Below are positions 33,406-42,651 of a DNA stretch of 64,000 nucleotides, in pieces. Origin of the DNA: Deltaproteobacteria bacterium (GTDB lineage Bacteria > Myxococcota > Myxococcia > SLRQ01); assembly GCA_029210625.1 (NCBI GenBank), contig JARGFU010000001.1, forward strand, positions 201,123 through 265,122. The letters run 5' to 3'. Every line of letters begins with the position of its first letter. Position 1 is the first letter of the stretch. Below the pieces are notes generated by a model. It saw nothing but the letters and a program-made list of their open reading frames with translations. It ran no database searches and was not told where the DNA came from. The translations under genes and the position numbers were made by a program.

Positions 33406-33541
33406 GCCAGCCGCCGGCGGCGTCCGGGGGGCGAGGATCGGCCGATCCCGGGGGTCTCTTGGGGGCCGGGCGGCCCCGCCCGTCCTGGATCCGGGACGGC
33501 GTGGACCGGAAAGCGGGGAGCTCGGGCCGGGGCCCGGAGGG

Positions 33542-35302
33542 TCAGGACTTCGCCCGCTTCTTCTCGAGCACCGCCCCCACCCGCGCGTCGGTGTAGGTGA
33601 GCTGAGCCTCGGCTCCGGGAGAGAGCTCGGCGGCGTTGGCCTCGTCGGTGTCGATGTGCATCTCGAGCTTGTACTTGGGGCTCACCCGCACCAGGACGTC
33701 GCCGAAGATCAGCGAGCGCGGGCCGCCCTCGAGGGCGACCTCGACCTCGTCCCGGTCCTCCACCCCGTAGGCCGCTGCGTCCTCGGGGGTCATGTGGATG
33801 TGGCGGCGAGCGCAGATCAGCCCCTCACTCAGGTGGACGGTGCCCGCCGGCCCCACCAGGGTGATCGGCGCGCTGCCCGCGGTCTGCCCCGAGTCGCGGA
33901 TCGGCGCGTCCACCCCGAGGAAGAACTCGTCGGTGCGGGCGATCTCGACCTGGTTCTTCGAGCGCATCGGCCCGAGGACCCGCACCCCCTCGAGGGTGTT
34001 GCGCGGCCCGACGAGGTCGACCCTCTCCTCGCAGGCGAACTGCCCGGGCTGGGAGATGTCGCGCAGCTTGGTCATGGTCGCGCCCTCCCCGAAGAGGGCG
34101 GCGAAGGTCGCCTCGTCGAGGTGGACGTGACGGGCGGAGATCGCCACCGGGATCGGCGCCGGGTTCTGCACCTCCGTGCGGGCCTCGACGATGGCCGCCG
34201 CCTGGCGGGCGATGCTGAGCTCCTCGTCGGTCTTCACCACCAGGGCGCGGACCCGGGAGTGCGCCGCCGAGATCTCGGCCACCGGGGAGGCGGCGTCGAC
34301 CCGGGCGTCGGCGTTGCGGTCCTCGTCGAGGACCAGATCGAGGAAGTCGAGGCGCTGGAGGATCCGCTGGCGCATGGCCGCGCCGTTCTCACCGATGCCG
34401 CCGGTGAGGACCACCGCGTCGAGGCCGCCCATCGCGGCGGCGTAGGCGCCGATGTACTTGCGCGCCCGGTGGGCGAAGACCGAGACGGCCAGGCGGCAGC
34501 GGTCGTCCCCCTGCGCGGCCCGGGCCTCGATGTCCCGCAGGTCGTTGCCGACCCCGGAGAGGCCGGCGAGCCCGGAGCGGCGGTTGAGCAGCGCGTCGAC
34601 CCCGTCCACGTCCAGCTCGCCCGAGCGCAGGAGCGCCAGCACCACCCCCGGGTCGAGGTCGCCCGAGCGGGTCCCCATCACCAGCCCCTCCAGGGGGGTC
34701 AGCCCCATGCTGGTCTCGGTGGAGTGACCCAGCTCCACGGCGCAGGCCGAGGCGCCGTTGCCCAGGTGCAGGGTGATCAGGCGCAGGGACTCCAGGGGCT
34801 GCTTCAGGTGCGCCGCCGCCAGCGCGGCGACGTACTGGTGCGAGGTGCCGTGGAAGCCGAAGCGGCGCAGGTGCAGGCGCTCGGCCAGGTCCTGGTCCAG
34901 GGCGTAGGTGCGCGCCCGCCGGGGCAGGCGGGCGTGGAAGGCCGTGTCGAAGACCGCCACCTGCGGCAGCTCGGGCCAGGCCTCGCGGGCCGCCCGGATG
35001 CCGGCGAGGTTCGCCGGGTTGTGCAGGGGGGCCAGCGGGACGCAGGCCTCGATCTGGGCCTCGACGGCGTCGTCGATCCGGACGGCGTCGACGAAGGTCT
35101 CACCTCCGTGGACCACCCGGTGCCCGACGGCGTCGAGGGCCACCGGCCCCACCGCCTCGACCACCTCGGCGATGGCCGCGGGGTGGGTCTTCTCCTCTCC
35201 GATGCGCTCGACCTTGCCCGCCCGGATGACCTCGTCGGCCGAGAGGTCGATCACCTGCCACTTCAAGCTCGAGCTGCCACAGTTCAGCACCAGGATCTTC
35301 AT
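33542..35302 (-). CDS. ackA: Acetate/propionate kinase fused to PduL-type phosphate acyltransferase
   Basis: N-terminal 'MKILVLNCGSSSLKWQV' acetate-kinase signature and 'VVHGGE' motifs (~400 aa), followed by a PduL-like region with two His-rich motifs ('ISARHVHLD', 'ICARRHIHMTPEDA'). This is the C-terminal in-frame part of a 1069-aa track ORF. Confidence 0.8.
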   Translation of the reverse strand: MKILVLNCGSSSLKWQVIDLSADEVIRAGKVERIGEEKTHPAAIAEVVEAVGPVALDAVGHRVVHGGETFVDAVRIDDAVEAQIEACVPLAPLHNPANLAGIRAAREAWPELPQVAVFDTAFHARLPRRARTYALDQDLAERLHLRRFGFHGTSHQYVAALAAAHLKQPLESLRLITLHLGNGASACAVELGHSTETSMGLTPLEGLVMGTRSGDLDPGVVLALLRSGELDVDGVDALLNRRSGLAGLSGVGNDLRDIEARAAQGDDRCRLAVSVFAHRARKYIGAYAAAMGGLDAVVLTGGIGENGAAMRQRILQRLDFLDLVLDEDRNADARVDAASPVAEISAAHSRVRALVVKTDEELSIARQAAAIVEARTEVQNPAPIPVAISARHVHLDEATFAALFGEGATMTKLRDISQPGQFACEERVDLVGPRNTLEGVRVLGPMRSKNQVEIARTDEFFLGVDAPIRDSGQTAGSAPITLVGPAGTVHLSEGLICARRHIHMTPEDAAAYGVEDRDEVEVALEGGPRSLIFGDVLVRVSPKYKLEMHIDTDEANAAELSPGAEAQLTYTDARVGAVLEKKRAKS

Positions 35303-35398
35303 GGTCCGGCATTGTGGGGTGAGCCGGCGCCCGAAGAAAAGCCCCGACTCTGCTCGCTCCTTCCCTTGGAGCCCGCAACGTGCGATTCCCCCCCGCCG

Positions 35399-38300
35399 AT
35401 GGCCGGTCGGTGTCTCGAGCTGCAGGAGATGGTCGAGCTGGGCAGCGAGCTGCTGCCGGCAGAGGAGCGGCTCGCCCGGCGCGAGCACCTGCGTGCCTGC
35501 GAGGTCTGCAGCGAGCGCATCCTCTCCCTGGTCGAGGCGGGCCGCGAGGCGGGCTCCCGGGGAGAGAGCGACACCCTCGTGCGCGACCGCGCGGCGAGCA
35601 TCGCCGCCGGGTGGAGCGCCCCCGCCAAGATCGGCCGCTACCAGCTGCAGGAAGAGCTCGGCGCCGGGGGCATGGGCCGGGTCTTCGCCGCCTTCGACCC
35701 CCGCCTCGAGCGCCGCGTCGCGCTCAAGGTGGTGCACCCCGAGCTGGTCTCGGCCGATCCCGCCTTCCAGACCCGCCTCCTGCGGGAGGCCCGCAGCGCC
35801 GCCCGCCTCGCCCACCCCAACGTCGTCGCGGTCCACGACAGCGGCACCCTGGGGGACGAGGTCTACGTGGCGATGGAGCTGGTCGAGGGCCCCGACCTCT
35901 CGACCTGGCTGGAGCAGGAGGAGCGGAGCCTCGCCGAGATCCTCGAGGTCTTCGTGCAGGCCGGCCGGGGGCTGGCCGCCGCCCACCGCGCGGGCCTGGT
36001 CCACCGGGACTTCAAGCCGGCGAACGTCCTGGTCGGCGACGACGGCCGGGTGCGGGTCTCGGACTTCGGCCTGGCCACCATCGCCGGCCCGGCGCTCGAG
36101 GAGGACACCGGCAGCCGCAGGGTCCGCGCCTCGGGGGTCTCGGTGGAGACCCCCCCGGACGCGGAGGCGCTCTTCACCCGCACCGGCGCCCTGGTGGGCA
36201 CGCCGGGCTACATCGCCCCCGAGCTCCTCGGCGGCGCCCGGGCCACCGCCCTCTCGGATCAGTTCAGCTTCTGCGTCTCCCTCTACGAGGCGCTCCACGG
36301 CGCCCGCCCCTTCTGCCTCGATCGGCTCGAGGCCGTCGCGACCGGGGCGCCGCTGCCCCCCCCCGGCGAGGAGAAGCGCCGGCTGCCGCCCTGGCTGCGG
36401 CGCCTGCTGACCACCGGGCTGCAGCTCGATCCCGAGGAGCGCTTCCCCTCGATGTCGGCGCTGCTGGTGGCCCTCGACCAGGGACCGCGCCGCCGCCGCC
36501 AGCGGCGGCTGATCCTCGCCAGCGCGATCTTCTCCCTGACCCTCACCCTGGCGACCTTCGCCGGGGTGCGCGCCTACCGGGCGAGCCAGTGCCGGGGCGG
36601 CGGCGAGGAGCTGGCGGGAAGCTGGAGCGCCGAACGAAGGCAGGCCCTCGAGGCCGCCTTCGCCGCGGAGGGCAGCCCCTGGGCGGCGGCGGTCGGCCGG
36701 CGGGTGCTCGAGCGCCTGGAGCGCTACGCCAGCGACTGGAAGAGCGGACACCAGGCGGCCTGCCGCGCCACCCGCATCGAGGGCGCGCAGTCCGACGAGC
36801 TCCTGACCCTGCGGATGGCCTGCCTGCGCCAGAGCCGCCGGTCCCTCGAGCTGACCCTCGGCGGCCTGCTCGCTGGCGGTGAGGGCTGGGTCGCGCGCGC
36901 CGAGCCGGCCATCGTCGGCCTGCCGGATCTACGCCACTGCGCCGACGTCGATCGGCTGCGGGCCGCCCTCCCGCCTCCCGCGGACGAGGCGCTGGCCGCC
37001 CGGGTCGAAGAGCTGCGGGACGCCCTGCTGGCCCTGCAGGCGCGCCTGCGCTCCGGAGAGTCGGAGGCCGCCCTCGCCGAGGCGGAAGGCCGGGTGGAGG
37101 AGGCGCGATCGCTCGGCTACCCGCCCCTGGTCGCCGAGGCGCTCCTCTTCCGCGGCGAGGCCCTGGAGGCGGCCGCCCGCTACGAGGACGCCGGCGCCGT
37201 CCTCGAGGAGGCGGCCCTCCTGGCCCAGGGCGCCGGCGACGATCTCCGCGCCGCGCGCGCCACCCTCCTGCGCACCGGCACCCTCATCGAGCGCGATCGC
37301 CTCGAGGAGGCCGAGCAGGCCCTGCGCTACGCCCGCGCCTCCGTGGAGCGGCTGGGCGAGGTCACCCCGGAGCGCGCCGATCTGGCCTCCACCGAGGGCA
37401 GCCTCCTGGCGAGGCAGGGCCGCTTCGGGGAGGCGGTCGAGCACCACCGCCGGGCCCTCGAGCTGGCCCGCGCCGCCGGCGCCAACCCCCTCACCCTGGC
37501 GGACCTCGAGCAGGACCTCGGCAACGCGCTCGAGCGCTCGGGGAGCGTGGAGGAGGCGGTGAAGATCTTCGAGGGCGTGGCCGCGGCGATCCGCCGGGAG
37601 CTGGGCGAGGACCACCCCCGGCTGGCGCTGGCCCTGGCCAGCCTGGGCCGCGCCCAGCACCACAACGGCCAGGCGAAGCTGGCCCGGGAGACCCTCGAGG
37701 CGGCGGTGGCCATCTACGAGCGGACCGGCGGCGAGCGGACCCTCGGCGCCGCCATCGCCCTCAACTCCCTGGCCAACATCGCCTTCGCCGACCTCGAGCT
37801 CGAGCGCGCCGAGGCCCTCTACCGCCGCATCCTCGAGATCGTGAGCGAGGTCCACGGCCCCGAGCACAGCATGACGGCGGACATGATCCACAACCTCGCC
37901 GGCGTGCACCGCAAGGCCAAGCGCTACGCCGAGGCGCTCGCTGGCTACGAGCAGGCCCGGGCGATCTACGAGAAGCTCTACGGCGATCCCGATCACCCCA
38001 CCCTCGCCTCGGTCTACGTCAACATCGGCACCACCCACGAGGCGGCCGGCGACCTGGACGCGGCCATCACGGCCTACTCCCGGGGCCTGGCGATCCGGGA
38101 GAAGGCCTTCGGCCCCGAGAGCCCCCGGCTGCTCTCCGCCTTGATCGGCCTCTCCGACGCGAAGAACAAGAAGAAGGACTTCGAGGGAGCGCTCGCGCAC
38201 TCCCGGCGAGCGCTCGCCATCGTCGAGAAGTCGCGCAGCCCCGACCACGCGGATCTGATCTTCCCCCTCCACAGCCTGGGGACGATCTACGGAGCGCTGA

Positions 38301-38701
38301 AGCGCTACCGGGAGGCGATCGAGGCGCTCTCCCGGGCCCTGGCCCTCTCCGAGGTCGCCCTGGGCCCCGATCACCCGCGCCACATCTACCAGCTCCAGGC
38401 CATCGGCGAGGCGCACCTCGGCCTGGGGGAGCACGCCGAGGCCCTGGCGGTCAGCGAGCGCGCCGCCCGGCTCGCGCGCGAGGCCCCCGCCGACTTCGAT
38501 CCCACCGTGCTCGCCGACGCCGAGTTCGTACACGCGCGCGCTCTCTGGCCGCAGAAGGTCCAGCGGAAAAGGGCCCGGGCCCTCGCCCTGCACGCCGCCG
38601 AGCGCTACGTCGCCCTCGGCCAGACCGAACACGAGGAGTACCGCAAAATGCTGTCCTGGCTGTCCAGCCACCCGGAGGGCGCTCGGGGGTCCAGTCCGTA
38701 G
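35399..38701 (+). CDS. Ser/Thr protein kinase with N-terminal anti-sigma-type zinc-finger motif and C-terminal TPR repeats
   Basis: 'HLRACEVC' (H-x3-C-x2-C, ChrR/RsrA-like) at the N-terminus; Hanks kinase ('VALKVV', 'HRDFKPANVL', 'DFG'); a TM segment 'LILASAIFSLTLTLATFAGV'; then ~700 aa of TPR-like repeats. Confidence 0.85.
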   Translation: MAGRCLELQEMVELGSELLPAEERLARREHLRACEVCSERILSLVEAGREAGSRGESDTLVRDRAASIAAGWSAPAKIGRYQLQEELGAGGMGRVFAAFDPRLERRVALKVVHPELVSADPAFQTRLLREARSAARLAHPNVVAVHDSGTLGDEVYVAMELVEGPDLSTWLEQEERSLAEILEVFVQAGRGLAAAHRAGLVHRDFKPANVLVGDDGRVRVSDFGLATIAGPALEEDTGSRRVRASGVSVETPPDAEALFTRTGALVGTPGYIAPELLGGARATALSDQFSFCVSLYEALHGARPFCLDRLEAVATGAPLPPPGEEKRRLPPWLRRLLTTGLQLDPEERFPSMSALLVALDQGPRRRRQRRLILASAIFSLTLTLATFAGVRAYRASQCRGGGEELAGSWSAERRQALEAAFAAEGSPWAAAVGRRVLERLERYASDWKSGHQAACRATRIEGAQSDELLTLRMACLRQSRRSLELTLGGLLAGGEGWVARAEPAIVGLPDLRHCADVDRLRAALPPPADEALAARVEELRDALLALQARLRSGESEAALAEAEGRVEEARSLGYPPLVAEALLFRGEALEAAARYEDAGAVLEEAALLAQGAGDDLRAARATLLRTGTLIERDRLEEAEQALRYARASVERLGEVTPERADLASTEGSLLARQGRFGEAVEHHRRALELARAAGANPLTLADLEQDLGNALERSGSVEEAVKIFEGVAAAIRRELGEDHPRLALALASLGRAQHHNGQAKLARETLEAAVAIYERTGGERTLGAAIALNSLANIAFADLELERAEALYRRILEIVSEVHGPEHSMTADMIHNLAGVHRKAKRYAEALAGYEQARAIYEKLYGDPDHPTLASVYVNIGTTHEAAGDLDAAITAYSRGLAIREKAFGPESPRLLSALIGLSDAKNKKKDFEGALAHSRRALAIVEKSRSPDHADLIFPLHSLGTIYGALKRYREAIEALSRALALSEVALGPDHPRHIYQLQAIGEAHLGLGEHAEALAVSERAARLAREAPADFDPTVLADAEFVHARALWPQKVQRKRARALALHAAERYVALGQTEHEEYRKMLSWLSSHPEGARGSSP

Positions 38702-38762
38702 GACTCCCTGGGGGCGGATCCCCAATGCGCCGCGAGCCCCGCGGTCTTAAGCTGTAGTCACC

Positions 38763-40134
38763 ATGACGATCGCAACGGGGGAAGGCGGAGCGATTCGTGG
38801 ACGGGTGTTGGCGGAACTCTTCGCGCGCCTGGCTCGCGAGAGGTTCACCGGTGCCCTCATCGTGAAGCGGGGCGAGGAGCTCTCTCGCGCCTACTTCAAG
38901 AGAGGCTACCTGGTGGGCGCCATGGTCTACGGGCGCTTCAAGCCCCTGGGCATCACCTTCCTCGAGTCGGGGATGATCGACATCGAGGCCCTCAACGCCT
39001 CGCTCGCGATCATCGCCCGGGCACAGGTGCCTCAGGGGCAGGTGCTCGTGGAGATGGGCGCGATCAGCGAGGAGCAGCTCGAGATCGGGCTGCACCGCCA
39101 GGTCCTCTCCTGCGCCGCGGCCCTCCTCCTCCTGCCGGACGGCGAGTGGCACCTCGAGGAGGAGGTCGAGTACCCGGTCTGGACCGAGGGCATCCGGGTG
39201 CGGCCGGGGATGGCCGTGCTCCAGGCCTTCCTCGAGCCCAAGGCCGAGCCCCTCCTCCACGACATCCTCGACGAGCTCGGCTCGACCCTCCTCTGCCTGC
39301 GGGTCGAGGCCCCCGAGGTGATCGAGCTCTTCGAGCTCGAGCCCGACGAGGCCCGCGCCATCGCCCACCTCGACGGCCGCAACGAGGTCCAGGACATCGC
39401 CGGAAGGACGGGGCTCCCGCTCGAGCACGTCCTCGCCCTGGTGGCCTCCCTGGCGATCTTCCACCTGGTGGCCGCCATCGGAGTCGATCACGAGATCGTG
39501 GACCTGGTTCCCCACCACGAGGAGGATGACTCGCGGGGCCTCCGCCTGCTGCCGGCCCCGGCCACCCTCGACACCCCGAACGTGGGCACCCGGATCGAAC
39601 GGGCGCCGGCGAAGGAGGCGAGCACCCCTGCGCCCACGAAGCCCACGGCCCCGAAGACCGCACCTCCCAGGGCCGCCCCGAAGAAGGCCGCCCCGAAGAA
39701 GGCCGCGCCTCCCGAGGCGGGAAGGGAGAAGTCCGCTCCCTCCGCGAAGCCCGACCCGAAGGTCCCGAAGCCGAAGCTCGAGCAGCCCCCCCCACGCCCT
39801 CCCTCCCGAGCCCCGCATCCAGACCGACGCCGAGCGCAAGGAGCGCGCGGCCCGGCTCTTCCGCCAGGGGATGGAGTTCTTCGAGCGGGAGAACTACGAG
39901 GGCGCCCTCCCCTTCCTGCGGGACGCCGTCCATCTCGACCCCACGCAGGGCCTCTGGAACGCCTACTTCGCCTGGACCCTCCACCTGGTGGGCCCCCCGG
40001 AGGTGGTGGGGACCCAGGTGCGCAAGATCCTGGAGCTGATGGCGGACAGCCCGGAGGGCGGAGAGCGGGCGCGCTACTTCCTCGGCCAGCTCCCCGAGGA
40101 CGAGGGCGACCAGAGCCTCGACGCCTGGATGTAG
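38763..40134 (+). CDS. DUF4388-domain protein with Ala/Pro/Lys-rich linker and TPR-like C-terminus; +1 frameshift in a C8 tract
   Basis: The N-terminal region resembles DUF4388 ('FTGALIVKRGEELSRAYFKRGYLVGA'). After 'KLEQPP' the plausible protein continues in the +1 frame ('PHALPPEPRIQTDAERKERAARLFRQGMEFFERENYEGALPFLRDAVHLDP...'). Reducing the C-run at 39786-39793 by one base restores the frame. Confidence 0.6.
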
Positions 40135-40136
40135 TC

Positions 40137-42182
40137 CTACTCGTCGAGGAGGCGGGCGAGCGCCTCGCAGAGCTCCTGGGTCCGGTAGGGCTTCTGGAGG
40201 AAGTGCAGCCCCGCGGCGAGGCTGCCGTCCGAGGCCGAGATCTCCTCGGTGTAGCCGCTGGTGAAGAGGACCTTCATCTCGGGCCGGGCGGCCTGGAGCT
40301 CGCGGGCCAGCTGCGGGCCCTTGCCGTCGGGGAGGATCACGTCCGAGAGCAGGAGATCGATCGGCCCGGCGAAGGCCAGGCTGACCCGCAGCCCCTCCGC
40401 CACGCTCCCGGCCTCCAGCACCCGGTAGCCCTGCCCCTCGAGGGTGGCCACGCAGACCTTCCGCACCGCCGGCTCGTCCTCCACCACCAGGAGGGTCTCC
40501 TTCCCCCGGCGCTCGAGGGGGACCTCTCCCTCGCTGTCCTCCGCGTCCGTCTTTCCCCGATGCCGAGGCAGGTAGATCTCGAAGGTGGTCCCCGCGCCCG
40601 GCCGGCTCTCGAGCTCGATGAAGCCGCCGCTCTGGCTGACGATGCCGTGGCACATGGCCAGGCCGAGGCCGGTCCCGCCCCGCTCGCCCTTGGTGGTGTA
40701 GAAGGGCTCGAAGATGTGCTGCTGGGTGTCGAGGTCGACGCCCTCGCCCGTGTCCCGCACCACGATCTGGAGATAGGGCCCCGCGCTGCGCAGGCCGTTG
40801 CCCCAGCGGTCGAGGACCACGTTGTGAGTCTCGAAGGTGAGGGTGCCCCCGGCCGGCATGGCGTCCCGGGCGTTCACCGCCAGGTTCACCAGGAGCTGCT
40901 CGAACTGACCCGGGTCCACCAGGATGGTCCAGGCCCCCTCCTCCAGGCTGGCCTCGAGGGTGATCTGCTCCCCGAGGAGGCGGCGCAGGAGCCGCTCGAT
41001 CCGGCGGATGTGGTCGTTCGGATCGATGGGCTTGGGCTCGATGATCTGCTTGCGCGCGAAGGTCAACAGCTGGCGGGTCAGGTCCGTGGCGCGAGAGCTG
41101 GCCTCCCGGATCGCCTCGAGCAGCTCGGTCGTGTCCTTCGAGGCCTCCAGGCTCATCTCGAGGAGATCGAGCGAGCCGAGGATCGCGGTCAGCATGTTGT
41201 TGAAGTCGTGAGCGACGCCGCCGGCGAGCCGGCCGATGGCCTCGAGCTTCTCCTTGTGGAGGCTCTCCTCCGCGAGGCGCTTCTGGAGGGTGATGTCCTC
41301 GTAGGTCCCGAGGACGCCGATGACCTCGCCCTCCGAGCCGCGCAGGGGCCGCTTGCTGGTCCGCAGCCAGATCGTCCGGCCGTCCGGGGTGGTCTGCGGC
41401 TCCTCGTAGCCGAGCTTCTCCACCTGCCCCCGCATGACCGCGAAGTCGTCGGCCCGGTAGAGCTCGGCCTGATCCCGCCACCCCAGCGAGAAGTCGTCGA
41501 CCCCGACGACCTCCTCGGGGTGCAGCTTGCCCGCGTCCCGGGCGAAGAGCGCGTTGCAGCCCAGGTAGCGCCCCCGGAGATCCTTCCAGAAGACCCGCAC
41601 CGGGATGGAGTCGAGGACCAGCTGAAGCATCCGGCCCGGATCGAGGACCGCGTCGCTCCCCGGCTCCTCCGCCTCGCCCTCGGGCTCGTCTCCGATCAGC
41701 TCGAAGAGCGCGAGGAAGACGAAGGAGGCGCCCTCCCCGGGCCCGGTCACCCGCTGCACGCGCAGCTCGTAGTGGCGATCCGATCCCGGCCGGGCCGCCA
41801 CGATCCCGAGGCAGTGATCCCGCCGGGCCTCACCCGAGGCGACCCGCCGCAGCGCGGCGGTGCAGTCCTCGTCCATCAGGGAGACGAGGCGCGGGAGATC
41901 GGCTCCCTGCAGCGCCGCCCGGGGCTGCCCCAGCGCCTCGGTGAAGCGAGGGTCGGAGAAGAGGACCACCTCTCCCGCGAGGACGGCGAAGGCCAGGGCG
42001 CCGCTCTCCGAGGCCGCGCCCAGGGCGGGCAGCAACGCCTCCCGCTCGGTGTGGCGAAGGATCTGCTCCACCCGCTCGAGCTCCAGCTCGAAGATCCGGC
42101 GGTGCAGGTGCGCCTGCCAGAGGCATCTTCTCTTTTCGGCCATGACCTCGTCCCCCGGGGTCGGCCGGCTCTCGTCGGCCAC
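40137..42182 (-). CDS. Hybrid sensor histidine kinase (PAS, HisKA, HATPase, REC)
   Basis: H-box 'AHDFNNMLTAI', G-box 'GTGLGLAM' and a C-terminal receiver ('LLSDVILPDG'). Confidence 0.85.
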   Translation of the reverse strand: MADESRPTPGDEVMAEKRRCLWQAHLHRRIFELELERVEQILRHTEREALLPALGAASESGALAFAVLAGEVVLFSDPRFTEALGQPRAALQGADLPRLVSLMDEDCTAALRRVASGEARRDHCLGIVAARPGSDRHYELRVQRVTGPGEGASFVFLALFELIGDEPEGEAEEPGSDAVLDPGRMLQLVLDSIPVRVFWKDLRGRYLGCNALFARDAGKLHPEEVVGVDDFSLGWRDQAELYRADDFAVMRGQVEKLGYEEPQTTPDGRTIWLRTSKRPLRGSEGEVIGVLGTYEDITLQKRLAEESLHKEKLEAIGRLAGGVAHDFNNMLTAILGSLDLLEMSLEASKDTTELLEAIREASSRATDLTRQLLTFARKQIIEPKPIDPNDHIRRIERLLRRLLGEQITLEASLEEGAWTILVDPGQFEQLLVNLAVNARDAMPAGGTLTFETHNVVLDRWGNGLRSAGPYLQIVVRDTGEGVDLDTQQHIFEPFYTTKGERGGTGLGLAMCHGIVSQSGGFIELESRPGAGTTFEIYLPRHRGKTDAEDSEGEVPLERRGKETLLVVEDEPAVRKVCVATLEGQGYRVLEAGSVAEGLRVSLAFAGPIDLLLSDVILPDGKGPQLARELQAARPEMKVLFTSGYTEEISASDGSLAAGLHFLQKPYRTQELCEALARLLDE

Positions 42183-42184
42183 TG

Positions 42185-42529
42185 CTAGGTTTCGACCAAC
42201 CAGCGCTTCGCGTCCTCGAGGTCCTTGGCGTAGTAGTTGTCGCGGAAGATCGCGCTGGCGATGATCCTCTGCACCCCGGTGATCCCCACCAGGGCGCTGC
42301 GTCCGTTCCTGTCACTGCGGACCAGGCTGCGAGAGAAGTCCTTCGTCTCCTTGGTGAAGTAGGCGTCCCTCACGTCGGTGAGCACCCGGAGGGGCTCGTC
42401 CCCCAGCGCCTGCATCCGGCGCTTGGCCTCCTCGAGCACGGGCATCATCGCCTCGCCTCGCAGGCCGCTCAGATCGATGAAGAGGATGGACTTCCCCTCG
42501 TGTACGAGGGTGCTGACGCGCTCGCTCAT
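42185..42529 (-). CDS. Small hypothetical protein (STAS/anti-sigma-antagonist-like fold suspected), upstream of and coupled to the hybrid HK
   Basis: 114 aa. Its stop is 2 bp from the HK start. The pattern 'ILFIDLSGL...LVGITGVQRIIASAIF' is suggestive only. Confidence 0.45.
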   Translation of the reverse strand: MSERVSTLVHEGKSILFIDLSGLRGEAMMPVLEEAKRRMQALGDEPLRVLTDVRDAYFTKETKDFSRSLVRSDRNGRSALVGITGVQRIIASAIFRDNYYAKDLEDAKRWLVET

Positions 42530-42651
42530 GGTTCCCCTGGCTCCGGTCTCTCGGGCCTCGCCCGAGCCACAATCATACCCCTTTTCTTGCGGCCGTCGCG
42601 GGCGCTTCTCCCGGGTCTGCCGGAGGCAGGCGCGCAGCGGGAAGGAGCGCT

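Noticed and set aside
33332-35398. N-terminal ~690 aa of the 1789-aa plus-strand ORF
   Set aside because: Antisense to ackA-pduL. The kinase starts at 'MAGRC' (35399).
36929-38725. 598-aa minus-strand ORF; also 40150-42188 plus, 43106-45391 minus, 47224-49647 plus, 58840-60162 minus, 60907-62970 minus and 61640-63424 minus
   Set aside because: All are antisense to genes with strong homologue-like sequence on the other strand. Their compositions are dominated by G/R/A/P.
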